Shown here: positions 1-10,082 of the stretch, piece after piece
Layout: each line of letters opens with the position of its first letter
Numbering within the stretch: position 1 is the stretch's first letter
Assembly: GCF_006345805.1 (NCBI RefSeq)
Contig: NW_021834122.1
Span: 1 to 26,798, forward strand
Reading direction: 5' to 3'
Source: Octopus sinensis
Lineage: Eukaryota
Length of the DNA stretch: 26,798 nt
Position numbers and translations under genes: made by a program
Notes under the pieces: model-generated
What the model was told of the DNA's origin: nothing
The model's database searches: none
The model's input: only the letters and a program-made list of their open reading frames with translations

Positions 1-120
1 AAAACCACCTTTCTTTCCTTCCCTGAGCGTCTGCTAATTCCTTGCATGTACCACGTCCTCGCGTTGTTGTCTTTGTTTTTTCTCATGTGCTTGTTCTTCG
101 TTTTTCTGGATTTACTATAT
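1..120 (+). mobile_element. 3' half of a putative Penelope-like terminal-repeat (pLTR-like) derivative, truncated by the window edge
   Basis: Shares ttcc(c)tgagcg..ctaat..ttgc.tgt..ccac..gtcttt(t)gttt blocks with the downstream half of the 25205-25408 element and also ends in a TA run. Similarity judged by eye. Confidence 0.4.
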
Positions 121-139
121 GCGTGCGTTGGTGACCCCC

Positions 140-335
140 CTCTCCCACAACCGCTTGACAACTAGTGTTGGTGTGTTTATATCCCCCGTAACCTAGAGGT
201 TCGCCAATAGTCACCAATCGAATAAAAACCTGGCCTTAAAAAATATAGGTACTATGGTCGATTCATTCGAGTAAAAATTCTTCGATGCGGTGCCCCAGCA
301 TGGCCGCAATCTAATGACTGAAACAAGTAAAAGAT
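140..335 (+). mobile_element. SINE family A, diverged 3' module
   Basis: Contains cgcttgacaac..ggtgtgttta..ggttcg..ggtcgattcattcgagtaa..gcggtgccccagcatggccgca..atgactgaaacaagtaaaaga, matching the 3' half of the full copies at 12361 and 20747. Confidence 0.8.
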
Positions 336-1044
336 ACATACATACGCTCTCAGACACACTCAACATATATATCTTGAACAATAAGAATCAGCAAGCCTGT
401 CTGCAAAACATCAACACCATAGGACATCTGACGAAGTGCCACGCCATCTAATTTCCCGTCCAATGTCTTTTATTTAGACACCGCTGATAGTTATAATGAA
501 ATATCCTGTGTTGATTAGCTGTATATTTTTTCGGAGTGTTCTTGTCCACTGCTGGGAGTTTCATAAAATTTTACATTAACATCTTTGAGGGAGGTACATT
601 TGTGAGAGACTGGATAGTTATCAGACATTCAGTATATATGTATCTATTCACTTTTAAATAGTCATTTGCTGGTTCTTTGTTTCTTTACAAAAATGTTATT
701 CTTCGTTCGAGGAAACGTGAGAGTTCTAAAATAAAATATTCTAGTATGTACACTAACACACTAACATATTTGGAGACATTGGGGTTCTTCTGCAAAGGAT
801 GAAAGAACTGACGAACGCATGTTCGAAACGTTCAACTTTATAAACAGGATCTTACAGAGAGCTTTTCAGCACAAACTCAAATTATGCGCGCGCGCATAGT
901 CATTGATAGCTTTAAGGGTTTTAAAACTGAAATTTATGAATATTGACTGAGTGTCTCAGTAAAGAAATCAATAATGTTTATTATAAGCTTATGAACGGTG
1001 ATCTCGATGTCTCGTCGGTTATACGTTCCTTAAAGTATGTGTGG

Positions 1045-1215
1045 GAGAGTGTTGTGCGTGTGTGTATGTATGTGCGTATTGTCTATATATATATGTGTGT
1101 ACATATGTATTATGTATATATATATGTGAGTGTGTGTGTATGTACATATGTATTGTCTATATATATGTGTATATATGTATGTATATGTGCATACAGATGT
1201 GTGTGTATATATGTG

Positions 1216-1302
<87 letters not shown>
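1045..1302. repeat. Compound microsatellite (TG/TA mosaic, then (TA)n, then (GA)n)
   Basis: Directly visible; generates the spurious YI/CV/RE ORFs. Confidence 0.95.
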
Positions 1303-1305
<3 letters not shown>

Positions 1306-1427
1306 AAATACCACTAGAGAAGGGAATAAGTGATGGACAAGTGAGAGGTGAAAAGCAGGTGGACCAAAGTTCAAAAGTGATGGATATAATGTAAGCTAAC
1401 AAAACTAACAAGAGTTGTGCAAAATGA

Positions 1428-1464
<37 letters not shown>

Positions 1465-1644
1465 CCACACAAACAAACAATGCTGCACGAGCGTTACTTG
1501 TTTCAGAAAATGAGGCCAAGGCAGTCTTCAAACGTTAATGAAGAGAGAACGTTTTTGTTTTAAAGTGAAACACATGCACACATGCATATTCGCATGCGCA
1601 GACAAATGCATATATTCGCACACCAATATATGTCCGTGTATGTA

Positions 1645-1776
1645 CACACATATATATATAAATACATACATGCATATACATGCACTATATATATATATAT
1701 ATATATACACAAATAAGAAATGGGAGGAACACATTCATTTCAATCATCATAACCCCTATCTTCCTTTGGGACTTTT

Positions 1777-1818
<42 letters not shown>

Positions 1819-1828
1819 TATATATATA
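1645..1828. repeat. (TA)n-rich compound microsatellites
   Basis: Directly visible TA tracts. Confidence 0.9.
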
Positions 1829-2454
1829 GCTCATATTAAAAGAGACACATATTCGTACATATATAGGCAAAGCTAGGCTTTCACCCACACATACACATCC
1901 CCATACACACACTCACGCATCTACATACGCCCACCCACAGTTAGTTATGACTTGTTATCTGTCATGCGCAATGTGTTTTTGCTGGCCACTCAACTGTAAA
2001 AGAATTCCCATTCCCAAGATATATTAAATCACATCTTTACAATAAAAATGTCGAGAAAATCTGTTCTCTGTCATTAGATGCCAATCACATCTAAATAGTG
2101 ATTGATGATGCAGTTCGCTTGAAGTAGAGGCTTGTGAATATCGATTATCTTCTGCGGTATGTATACGTAGTTTTTAATTCAATATGCATAAATCTAATTA
2201 GAAATAAGCAGTTTATTCTGTGAAGTAGCGCCATTTTGTTGATTCCACTTATGCCCGATTAGAACGAATGAAGATTTAAATAATGTGATAGTTAGAATTT
2301 ACATTGTTTTACAGTAACGGAATTACCGGAATGGAGAGTATTTCATTATCTTTTCAACTTGAAGCTTTCGTCAATTCTTAGTGACACCCTTTTCAACTAT
2401 GGTACGATATGATATCGTAATTTGTGGCTGTATATGCGCCAGCGGGTATATACG

Positions 2455-2461
2455 TGTATAT

Positions 2462-2518
<57 letters not shown>

Positions 2519-2802
2519 CTGTGTGTGTAGATATGTATATATATACATACATATATATACACACACACACATATATACACACACACATATATATATATAC
2601 ACACACACACACACATATATATACACACATATATATACACACACATATATATATACACACACACACATATATATACACACACACATATTATACACACACA
2701 CATATACACACACACCACATATACACACCCACACATCACACACACAACACACATATATATATATATATATTATATATATATATCTATATTATACATATAT
2801 AT

Positions 2803-2850
<48 letters not shown>

Positions 2851-2856
2851 ATATGT
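2455..2856. repeat. Compound (CA)n/(TA)n microsatellite
   Basis: Directly visible alternating CA and TA tracts. Confidence 0.95.
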
Positions 2857-2862
2857 AAATGT

Positions 2863-2990
2863 AAAAAAAAAAACAATCTGAGACAAGAACGTGAAACATT
2901 TAGAAGACGATACAAAAAACACGGACAGACATTCGAAGCCTTCAATCTTCAGTCAAGAACCGGTTCAACTTCGCAATTTCGGCTGATTAA
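2863..2990 (-). mobile_element. Short TA-flanked repeat, possible Penelope-like pLTR relic
   Basis: Bounded by TA tracts on both sides. The minus strand reads ..cttgaCTGAAGAttgaaggcttCGAAtgtctgtcc.., resembling a decayed CUGANGA..GAAA core. Confidence 0.3.
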
Positions 2991-3594
2991 TATATATATA
3001 TATTTATATTTAAGTCGCAATATAAGGATTCAAGTAATCCAGTCGTACTTATAAAAATACCCCTTAATGTCTCATTCTACAAAGCATATAGAATGTACAG
3101 TGCATCGTACGATACAAGAGGAAACCTTAAGGAGAGTATAAAGTTACAAATGACAGAGAAATAGTTTTATGAAATTTTATTTCGCAATAACAAAATTCCA
3201 ATATCACAACAAATTGTTTCGTAACTTAAAGCCATGTGAATAATTTATATTATTATATTTAATAATAAATAAATTACTTATATGCCTGCATTAATGCAAA
3301 ATGCAAAAAAAAAATCCCTTAAAAATAATGTCGAATTTAAGCTGCGTCTTTAGGTGAAAGAAAATCTTTGTTAAATAATGGATTCTCAACGTAACGTTGC
3401 TATAGGAACGCAAGTCAAAATTTTAAAGGACTATGGAAGACAATAATAACAAGAGCACTCAGAGAGCGCAAACCTCCGCCAAGGCAACACCAACGTCCTC
3501 TCAACGATTAGCCGGAGATGATTTTTGAGATGAGAATATCTGAAATAAACTCGACTGCTATCACAAGCCAGAATACTAAAACTGAACCCGACCA

Positions 3595-3620
3595 CTCTCT
3601 CTCTCTCTCTCTCTCTCTCT
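3595..3620. repeat. (CT)n microsatellite
   Basis: Directly visible. Confidence 0.95.
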
Positions 3621-3725
3621 GTATAAGATTTCATTGCAACATAAAAATACATATCAAGTTTTATACTTATTTAAGTATAATTACATATATGCATGTGTAT
3701 ATATCTTGACACGCACGCACACAAA

Positions 3726-4089
3726 TCGTCATGGCACTCCGTCGGTTGCGACGAGGGTTCCAGTTGATCCGATCAATGGAACAGCCGGCTCGTGAAATTA
3801 ATGTGCAAGTGGCTGAGCACTCCACATACATGTGTACCCTTTAGTTCACGGGGAGATTCAGCGTGACACAAGGCTGGCCCTTTGAAATACAGAGACAGGA
3901 AGAAAGAGTAAGAGAAAGTTGTGCTGTAAGAGTACAGCAGGGTTCGCTACCAACCCCTGCCGGAGCCTCGTGGAGCTTTAGGTGTTTTCGCTCAATAAAG
4001 ACTCACAAATCCCCAGTTTGGGAATCGAAACCGCGATCCTACGACGGCGTGTCTGCTAACATTAACCACTAGGTCATTGCAGCCCCTCA
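3726..4089 (-). mobile_element. SINE family C, full length
   Basis: Reverse complement matches 13182-13557 from the tRNA-like head (gggaatcgaaaccgcgatc) to the tail (ggcactccgtcggtt). Confidence 0.9.
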
Positions 4090-4180
4090 ACACAAATACA
4101 CCCCACCCCGCACACACGTGTGTGTGTAGAGAGAGAATAAATATCTTTTTTATACCCACATAAAATTACCACTGAGCTTC

Positions 4181-4241
<61 letters not shown>
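4181..4241. repeat. (ATT)n(AGT)n compound trinucleotide repeat
   Basis: Directly visible. Confidence 0.95.
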
Positions 4242-4242
<1 letters not shown>

Positions 4243-4868
4243 AAGCTATTTTTTTTCTTCTTACATTATTAGCCTTTTATATTTTGCTTGAACAATAGAT
4301 TTCGAAGCTCCATCGATCTGTCAAGACCTTTTTGCTCTTATCTTTAATATAAAATAGTTTGTTTTGTTTTTGTTTTGTTTTGATTTTGTTTTTTTTAGTG
4401 GCGTTTAGTAATATCGTTTTATTGCAGACGGTAATCGCGGGAATTATGTTGTCTGTATCGCGTTCTTTATCACCGGATTTGAAGAATATGGCTGTTAATG
4501 TCGATTTAATGTGTTTGTATGTAGGTGTGAGTGTGTGCGCGTGCGCGCGTATACCTGTATATGAGTTTTGTGTCTGTAGGTTCGTTGGAGTATGTCAATG
4601 CGTGTGCGCATGTCTGTGCCGTCTGAGCTATGTTTACAAGGTTCAAATGAGATATTTATCCAGCAGCAGTGTTTACCTGCCTGATTTCGTGTATTGCAGG
4701 AATAAATTAACTGAGTTCTTCGTTGCTGCAATAACGAAAGGAAAAGCGCAACGAAACAGACGGTAACGTCTCCTCATATATTGTTATCTTCCTCATCTTG
4801 TTGACAACTGATGAAAGCAAAACCGTATTTTAATTGTTCTTGTTTTGCCTTTCATTACTTCGGTATCC

Positions 4869-4954
4869 AAGGCAGGGAGCTGGCAGTATGGTTAACAATC
4901 TGGATAAAATTCTTAGCGGCATTTCGTTCATCTTTACGTTCTGAGATCAAATTC
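4869..4954 (+). mobile_element. SINE family B, 5' fragment
   Basis: aaggcagggagctggcag..cttagcggcatttcg..tacgttctgagatcaaattc matches the B head at 9290 and 9523. Confidence 0.75.
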
Positions 4955-5514
4955 TTCTTCTCCCGTGCCCCATCTTCTTCTCCCGTGTGATGTCCTTAGA
5001 CATCGTCGACAACGACGAACTAATGTACCTTCTATTCATACCACCTTATGCTTACATTAGGAATCTTAATATCACACATAAACACACAGACAGACCAAAC
5101 ACTCACCAACGTATACACACACAAAAAACACATGAAAATTCGTATATTGTCTGAATAAACCTTGTGGAAGTATTTACAATTTTCAAAGGTGGCTGCCAGA
5201 TGGCGGAAGGATTTCCATTTTTCATAAAATAATTGTAAAACTCATACTTCCAAGCAAGCAATTATTCTCTGAACTTAGTCTCGTTTCATTTATTCAATTT
5301 AACCAAGGACATAAATGTTTTCTAATCTTTTAGTGCATGTCTTACAATCTCGTCTACTGATTCAAGTTAGAACTGCTGTACTGATGACGCTTGTGGAGAC
5401 AGAAACACATGCCTGCATATATTCTCTTGACTCTTCGAATTATCTCCCCTTCTTATTTGGCCTTGATCACAATCGCCTCAAGCAATTTTGCTTCTTTTTC
5501 TCTCTAACTTTTAT

Positions 5515-5690
5515 CTTTTCCCGTTTTGGACATTAGACAGCAGCCATGCTGGAGCACCGCCTTAAACAATTTTTTTCAAATCTTGCTATTAATTCTATCG
5601 GTCTCTTTTGCCAAACTGCTCAGTTACGGGGCACGTAAAACAATCACTGTTTGTCAAGCAGTGGTGAACTCATACACAAACGCAAAGAGA
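5515..5690 (-). mobile_element. SINE family A, old 3' module
   Basis: gccatgctggagcaccgcc..ttctatcggtctcttttgcc..gttacgggg..tgtcaagc. Confidence 0.75.
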
Positions 5691-5760
5691 TTCATATACA
5701 TATATATGTGAAACAAGTAAAAGAGTATATATATATATATTATATATATATATATATATA

Positions 5761-5942
5761 CTCTTTTACTTGTTTCAGTCATTTGACTGTGGCAATGCTA
5801 GAGCACCGTATTTAGTCGAGCAAATCGACCCCAGGACTTCTTTGTAAGCCTAGTACTTATTCTATCGTTTTTTTTACCGAACCGCTAAGTTGCGAGGGCG
5901 TAAACACACCAGCAGCGGTTGTCAAGTGATGTTGGGGGGGGA

Positions 5943-5980
<38 letters not shown>
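5761..5980 (-). mobile_element. SINE family A, 3' module ending at the internal (CA)n
   Basis: Runs from ctcttttacttgtttcagtcatttgac to ggggacaaacacac, the reverse complement of the A tail module. Confidence 0.9.
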
Positions 5981-5984
<4 letters not shown>

Positions 5985-6954
5985 TTTCCTTCTTGTATTT
6001 CTTCATTACGCTTCGTTTTCATTAAAGTTAATTAGCAGTGATTTAATAAGATAGAATCGTAGCTAAATTCAATTCGTTAAAATTGATTTTAGTACAATAT
6101 AATTTTTATAATTTCTATTCATAATTTGTCAATTTTAATTCGCTGAGAAGTGATTAGACAAAGATATTGGTAATTGAATTCAGATGAAGAAATGGATATA
6201 ATGCTAAAGAGTTAGGTAAATTCTTTGTGTTCCTATTTTTAGGGAAGGTAAGGTCAACAGGAGGTCGTGTGCTAATTCCAGACAAAGGAGTAAATAGCTC
6301 AAATAAGTGAGAAGGAAAGAAGGAATAATATGTGGGGGAAAGTCAGAGCTGAAAATATAAGCGACTTCTAGAATCGTTTGCTTGAAAAAGAAACGAAAAA
6401 AGAAAAGGAAAAAGAAAATTTTCAAAAGAAAGTGTCTTGTTTGTTTAAAAATACTGGATGTTATGAAGAGTGAATGCGTACATCACGTTTGTGCGTCTGC
6501 TCGCGGAGAGGAGTGTGTCTGTTTGAGAGAGTGAGAGAGGATTAAGGTGCAATGAAATTCCCTCATCGTTTTACTAGCGGGTTAGGAATTATGTCTGCAA
6601 AGGAAGAATGAAAGTGATACATCAGATTCTGCGTAAATACCTCTAAGACAGTTCTATTTGTACAGCTGAAGCCGCCACCCTGGGTAAAGTCGACGCTGGT
6701 TTCAAAAGAGGAGAGGCAATAGCATCGATTTGTCTAACACTAGTTCTTCCGAAATGTGTGTATTCTGAGCTGTCTATTCTCATTTACAGCACTTCATTCA
6801 ACTACCAAGATATGCCTGTCAGCAGTTAATAGCCGTTCTACAGGGATATGATACGCTGCAGGGCATTCTCTAATATCAATATGATAGATATCGATTTCTC
6901 CTTTATTAACTCAAGTCCTTTAAGTGAAAGGAACGCTTTGAGCGAAACGATTAT

Positions 6955-7338
6955 CAACCCTTTTGTTACCATATTTCGAATGAAATACGCCGCCTTTAAT
7001 TCTATTTAATTTTGAACATAAAGAATTTAGTAAAATAACTTCGTCATTATGAAGCCGATGTTTGAAAAGTAAATTAACATGCAATTTTGATGGAAGTTTT
7101 TAATGTAGATCACCTTAACACCTTTGTTACCATATTTAGGTTGGGAGGGAGGCACTGTCTTTGTTTCGATTTAATTTTGAAAATAAAGAATTTAGTAAAA
7201 TAATTATCATTATTAAGTTGATATTTGGAACATGACATGAAATTTTGATGGGAGGCTTTAATTATGATCGATTTGAAACTGAAAGTTTATATCATAGAAC
7301 CAGGGGTGATCTCGGGTGATAAGTATCAAAAGACTTAA
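6955..7338 (+). mobile_element. Tandem dimer of a piggyBac-like MITE (one partial plus one near-complete copy, period about 160 bp)
   Basis: Units start aaccctttt/ttaacaccttt-gttaccatattt at 6955 and 7115 and share tttaattttgaa.ataaagaatttagtaaaataa. The second copy is bounded by TTAA (7115-7118 and 7335-7338). TIRs are degenerate, so the superfamily is tentative. Confidence 0.45.
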
Positions 7339-7680
7339 TATTTTAACTCAGAGGTATACAAAGGCGATATTACCTCAGTATTATTCCAGTATCCTATTTT
7401 ATACGAAAGTAAAATGGTTCCCATTTACAGCAGCGGAAGAAATAAGAATGCATTAATGCATTAATTAAATCCCTTCTGAAATGCTTCATAAAAATACTAC
7501 AGCCGTCACTCGCAAGCGAGTAATAACTTCGTTAATATTCACCATGCTTTCGCTAATTATTTTAGGTGAATATACAGTTGCGACCAAAGATGCCGTCTTG
7601 GCTCCCAAAATGTTGACCAAGTGGATGATCCAGGATGTGACAACAGGAGAGAGAGAAAGGATGCACCAGCGACAGATTGA

Positions 7681-7775
7681 AGAGCTTCCCTCAAGGACAC
7701 AACGTTTCGCTAGTCCAAAAATCGACCCCACGATCTTACGGTCTTCAAATTAACACTGTAGCTATTAGGCTATAT
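7681..7775 (-). mobile_element. Old tRNA-SINE head fragment
   Basis: ccctcaaggacacaacg..aatcgacccacgatctt is the reverse complement of a B-box plus tgtgtccttgag core similar to family D. Confidence 0.5.
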
Positions 7776-7910
7776 ACATCACGCCACAAAAAGTCGCATA
7801 TCGAGAGATGGCTGCAATCGAAATAGAAGCTAGATCGTCTACTCATATCGAAGGAAGTTGATCCCTATCCCACAATGTAGGATAGGGATCTGGTCAGGTT
7901 TGGGGAATTG

Positions 7911-8046
7911 AGCGGTTCGGCAAAATTGACCGATAGAATAAATACTAGGCTCACAAAGAATAAGTCTTGGGGTGGATTTGCTCGACTAAAGGCGGTGCCC
8001 CAGCCTGGCCACAGTCAAATGACTGAAACAAGTAAAAGAGTATATA
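7911..8046 (+). mobile_element. SINE family A, 5'-truncated tail
   Basis: agcggttcggcaaaa..accgatagaataa..ctcgactaaaggcggtgccccagc..gactgaaacaagtaaaagag. Confidence 0.9.
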
Positions 8047-8466
8047 TGTAGGGTTGAAAATTTTAGAGAAATTTTCTACCAGTGTCTAACATGCATAATC
8101 GAGTCAATAGACAACCTATTTTCCAAAGTGTTGGTACATAAATTTTATTTGCTGCCGACTATAACTGCGCTTGTGCGATGGATTTGAAAATTTATAATGT
8201 ATATAGATGGAACATGTGCGTTCGACAAACATACATTAGTTGTAGCGCCCGTGCTGATGAGGACACGGATGCAAATCATTTTATTTGTTCATTGATGTTC
8301 GAAACCTAGAGACATGTGGTAACTATTGAAATTTTTTTTGTTTTTTCATCTCCTTTGAAATTACTCTTATCCGTGGTTTGAGATTTGACTGCTCTTTTTA
8401 GCATGTAAGGTGTCCTGTTAAGTTCACCCCTTTTGTGTACAGAAATCTACACTAATTTTACATATA

Positions 8467-8860
8467 TCTTTATACATAAAAGTCAAGTTGTGTGTCTGTC
8501 TCCTACGATTTAGATTCCTTACTCCCACATTTTGCGGTGCAGTTTAACCAAAACCGGGTATCTTATAGTCGTGATTCATATCGAGCCCTTCTGGGTATTA
8601 GCGCGCATCTACGATGAGTCTACGATTTAAAAAACAATTTACCATCATTTTTTCCCATTTTAATGCATTTTTTTCGCTATTATATAAGGGAAGTAACTCT
8701 CAAAAATGTCTACGATGAGTCAACGATTTTAAAAAAAATTTACCATAATTTTTTTTCCATTTTTAATGCATTTTTTGCTATTTTTTGGCTATAACTCTCT
8801 AAAAATGCTTATATAGTTATTTCCCTTACAAACCCGAGCAACGCCGGGCGATACTGCTAG
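8467..8860 (+). mobile_element. Non-autonomous Helitron
   Basis: A|TC 5' end (tctttatacataaa), 3' GC-rich hairpin cccgagcaacgccggg followed by CTAG|T, no TSD, and an internal tandem duplication of about 100 bp (tctacgatgagtc.acgatt.. at about 8608 and 8709). Confidence 0.85.
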
Positions 8861-9149
8861 TATCTTATACAGTAATCGAGTGAAAACCTCATAGTTTTCG
8901 TTGAAATATTTATTCGTTAACGCATACTTCACTTGCCACTGACTCACCGCCTTTTGTGGCAACGTCTGTCATTTGGAGCTGGTGGCTACTCACTCATACC
9001 TGTTTCATCCACTCGTCAAACACAACCACTCATTCACAATCTATCTCCATGAGTCAAACTTGCGCTTTAGTCATTAACCCACTTATTTTGAAACTCACCT
9101 ATTTCCTTTCACTTCACTGGTTACGGCTTATTTCCTGTGACGTTATTAA

Positions 9150-9830
9150 TTCGGCCAGAGTTCAAATCCTACTGGAGTCCGTACACGAAGTACCAGCTAA
9201 AAACATTGGGGGTCGGAGTAATCGACTTAACCCCCTTCCCCGAAATTGATGGCCTTGTGCCAAAATTTCAAACCATTATTATTACTATTGAGCTGGCAGA
9301 AACGTTAGCACGCCGGGCGAAATGCTTAGCGGTATTTCGTCTGCCGTTACGTTCTGAGTTCAAATTCCGCCGTGGTCGACTTAGCCTTACATCCATTCGG
9401 GGTCGATAAAATAAGTACCAGCTACGCACTGGGGTCGACATAATCGACTAGTCCCCGCCCAACAAATTTCAGGCCTTGTGCCTATAATAGAAAGAATTAT
9501 TATTATTATTATTATTATTATTAAGGCGGCGAGCTGACAGAACCGTTAGCACGCGGGGCAATTTGCTTAGCCGCATTTCGTCTGTCCTTACGTTCTGAGT
9601 TCAAATTTCGCCGTGGTCGAAAAAATTAGGTAGCAGTGAAACACTGGAGTCGATGTAATCGTCTAGACCCTCCCCCCAAAATTTCAGGCCTTGTGCCTTT
9701 AGAAGAAAGGATTATTATTATTATATTATTATTATTATTAATATTATCATTATTATTATTATTAGAATGGCAGAGCCAGTGGCGGATTGGACTAATTAAT
9801 TGCTTTTTACAGCTGAGTTCAAATCCTGCG
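9150..9830 (+). mobile_element. Head-to-tail array of four SINE B units separated by (ATT)n tails
   Basis: Units at about 9150-9285 (internally deleted), 9290-9522, 9523-9762 and 9765-9830 (truncated). B box gagttcaaattcc and tail aatttcaggccttgtgcc..(att)n. Confidence 0.85.
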
Positions 9831-9977
9831 CGAGTTATTTTTATTGTTATTATATATTGCCTAATTTGGTAAAATTAAGTACATAAGCCAAGTCAACAGC
9901 GTAGAAAGGTAGAAATGAACAATTCAATAGAATAAATTACTATATTTTATTACATCACTAAGCCTAAGGTCCTGATT

Positions 9978-10036
9978 CTCTCTCTCTCTCTCTCTCTATC
10001 TATCAATCCATCTATCTATCTATCAATCCATCTCTC

Positions 10037-10081
<45 letters not shown>
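9978..10081. repeat. (CT)n/(CTAT)n compound microsatellite
   Basis: Directly visible. Confidence 0.95.

Positions 10082-10082
<1 letters not shown>

Noticed and set aside
2078-2156. Exon-like segment with acceptor ctgttctctgtcattag and donor GCG|gtatgt
   Set aside because: Stops occur in all three frames; it could only be a non-coding exon and nothing else supports it.
943-2858. Many 60-144 aa ORFs rich in YI, HT, CV and RE dipeptides (also 14046, 19015-19809, 23452-24698)
   Set aside because: They are translations of TA, CA, TG, GA and TACA microsatellites, which lack stops in several frames; there is no coding signal.
3433-3600. ATG-initiated frame MEDNNNKSTQRAQ.. that would join the 3518 ORF after a 1-nt change in a T run
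   Set aside because: It needs a frameshift, the peptide is unrecognisable and it runs into a CT microsatellite.
5381-5412. CTGATGA..GAAA spacing resembling a hammerhead
   Set aside because: No credible stem II, and no UH cleavage triplet next to a stem I.
6243-6247. ag|GGAAG|gtaagg, apparent 5-nt microexon
   Set aside because: Too short and frame-shifting; such motif juxtapositions arise by chance and cannot be supported without reads.
7481-7753. Overlapping 90-aa and 81-aa ORFs on both strands
   Set aside because: The 3' part is a decayed SINE head and the peptides match no family I recognise.
8249-8268. ccgtg-CTGATGA-gga-cacgg hairpin with a hammerhead-like heptamer
   Set aside because: No GAAA and the wrong helix topology.
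9150-9830. Regularly repeated units with variable intervening sequence, superficially CRISPR-like
   Set aside because: The units are 200-bp Pol III SINEs with ATT tails in a eukaryotic context; there are no short repeats, unique spacers or cas genes.
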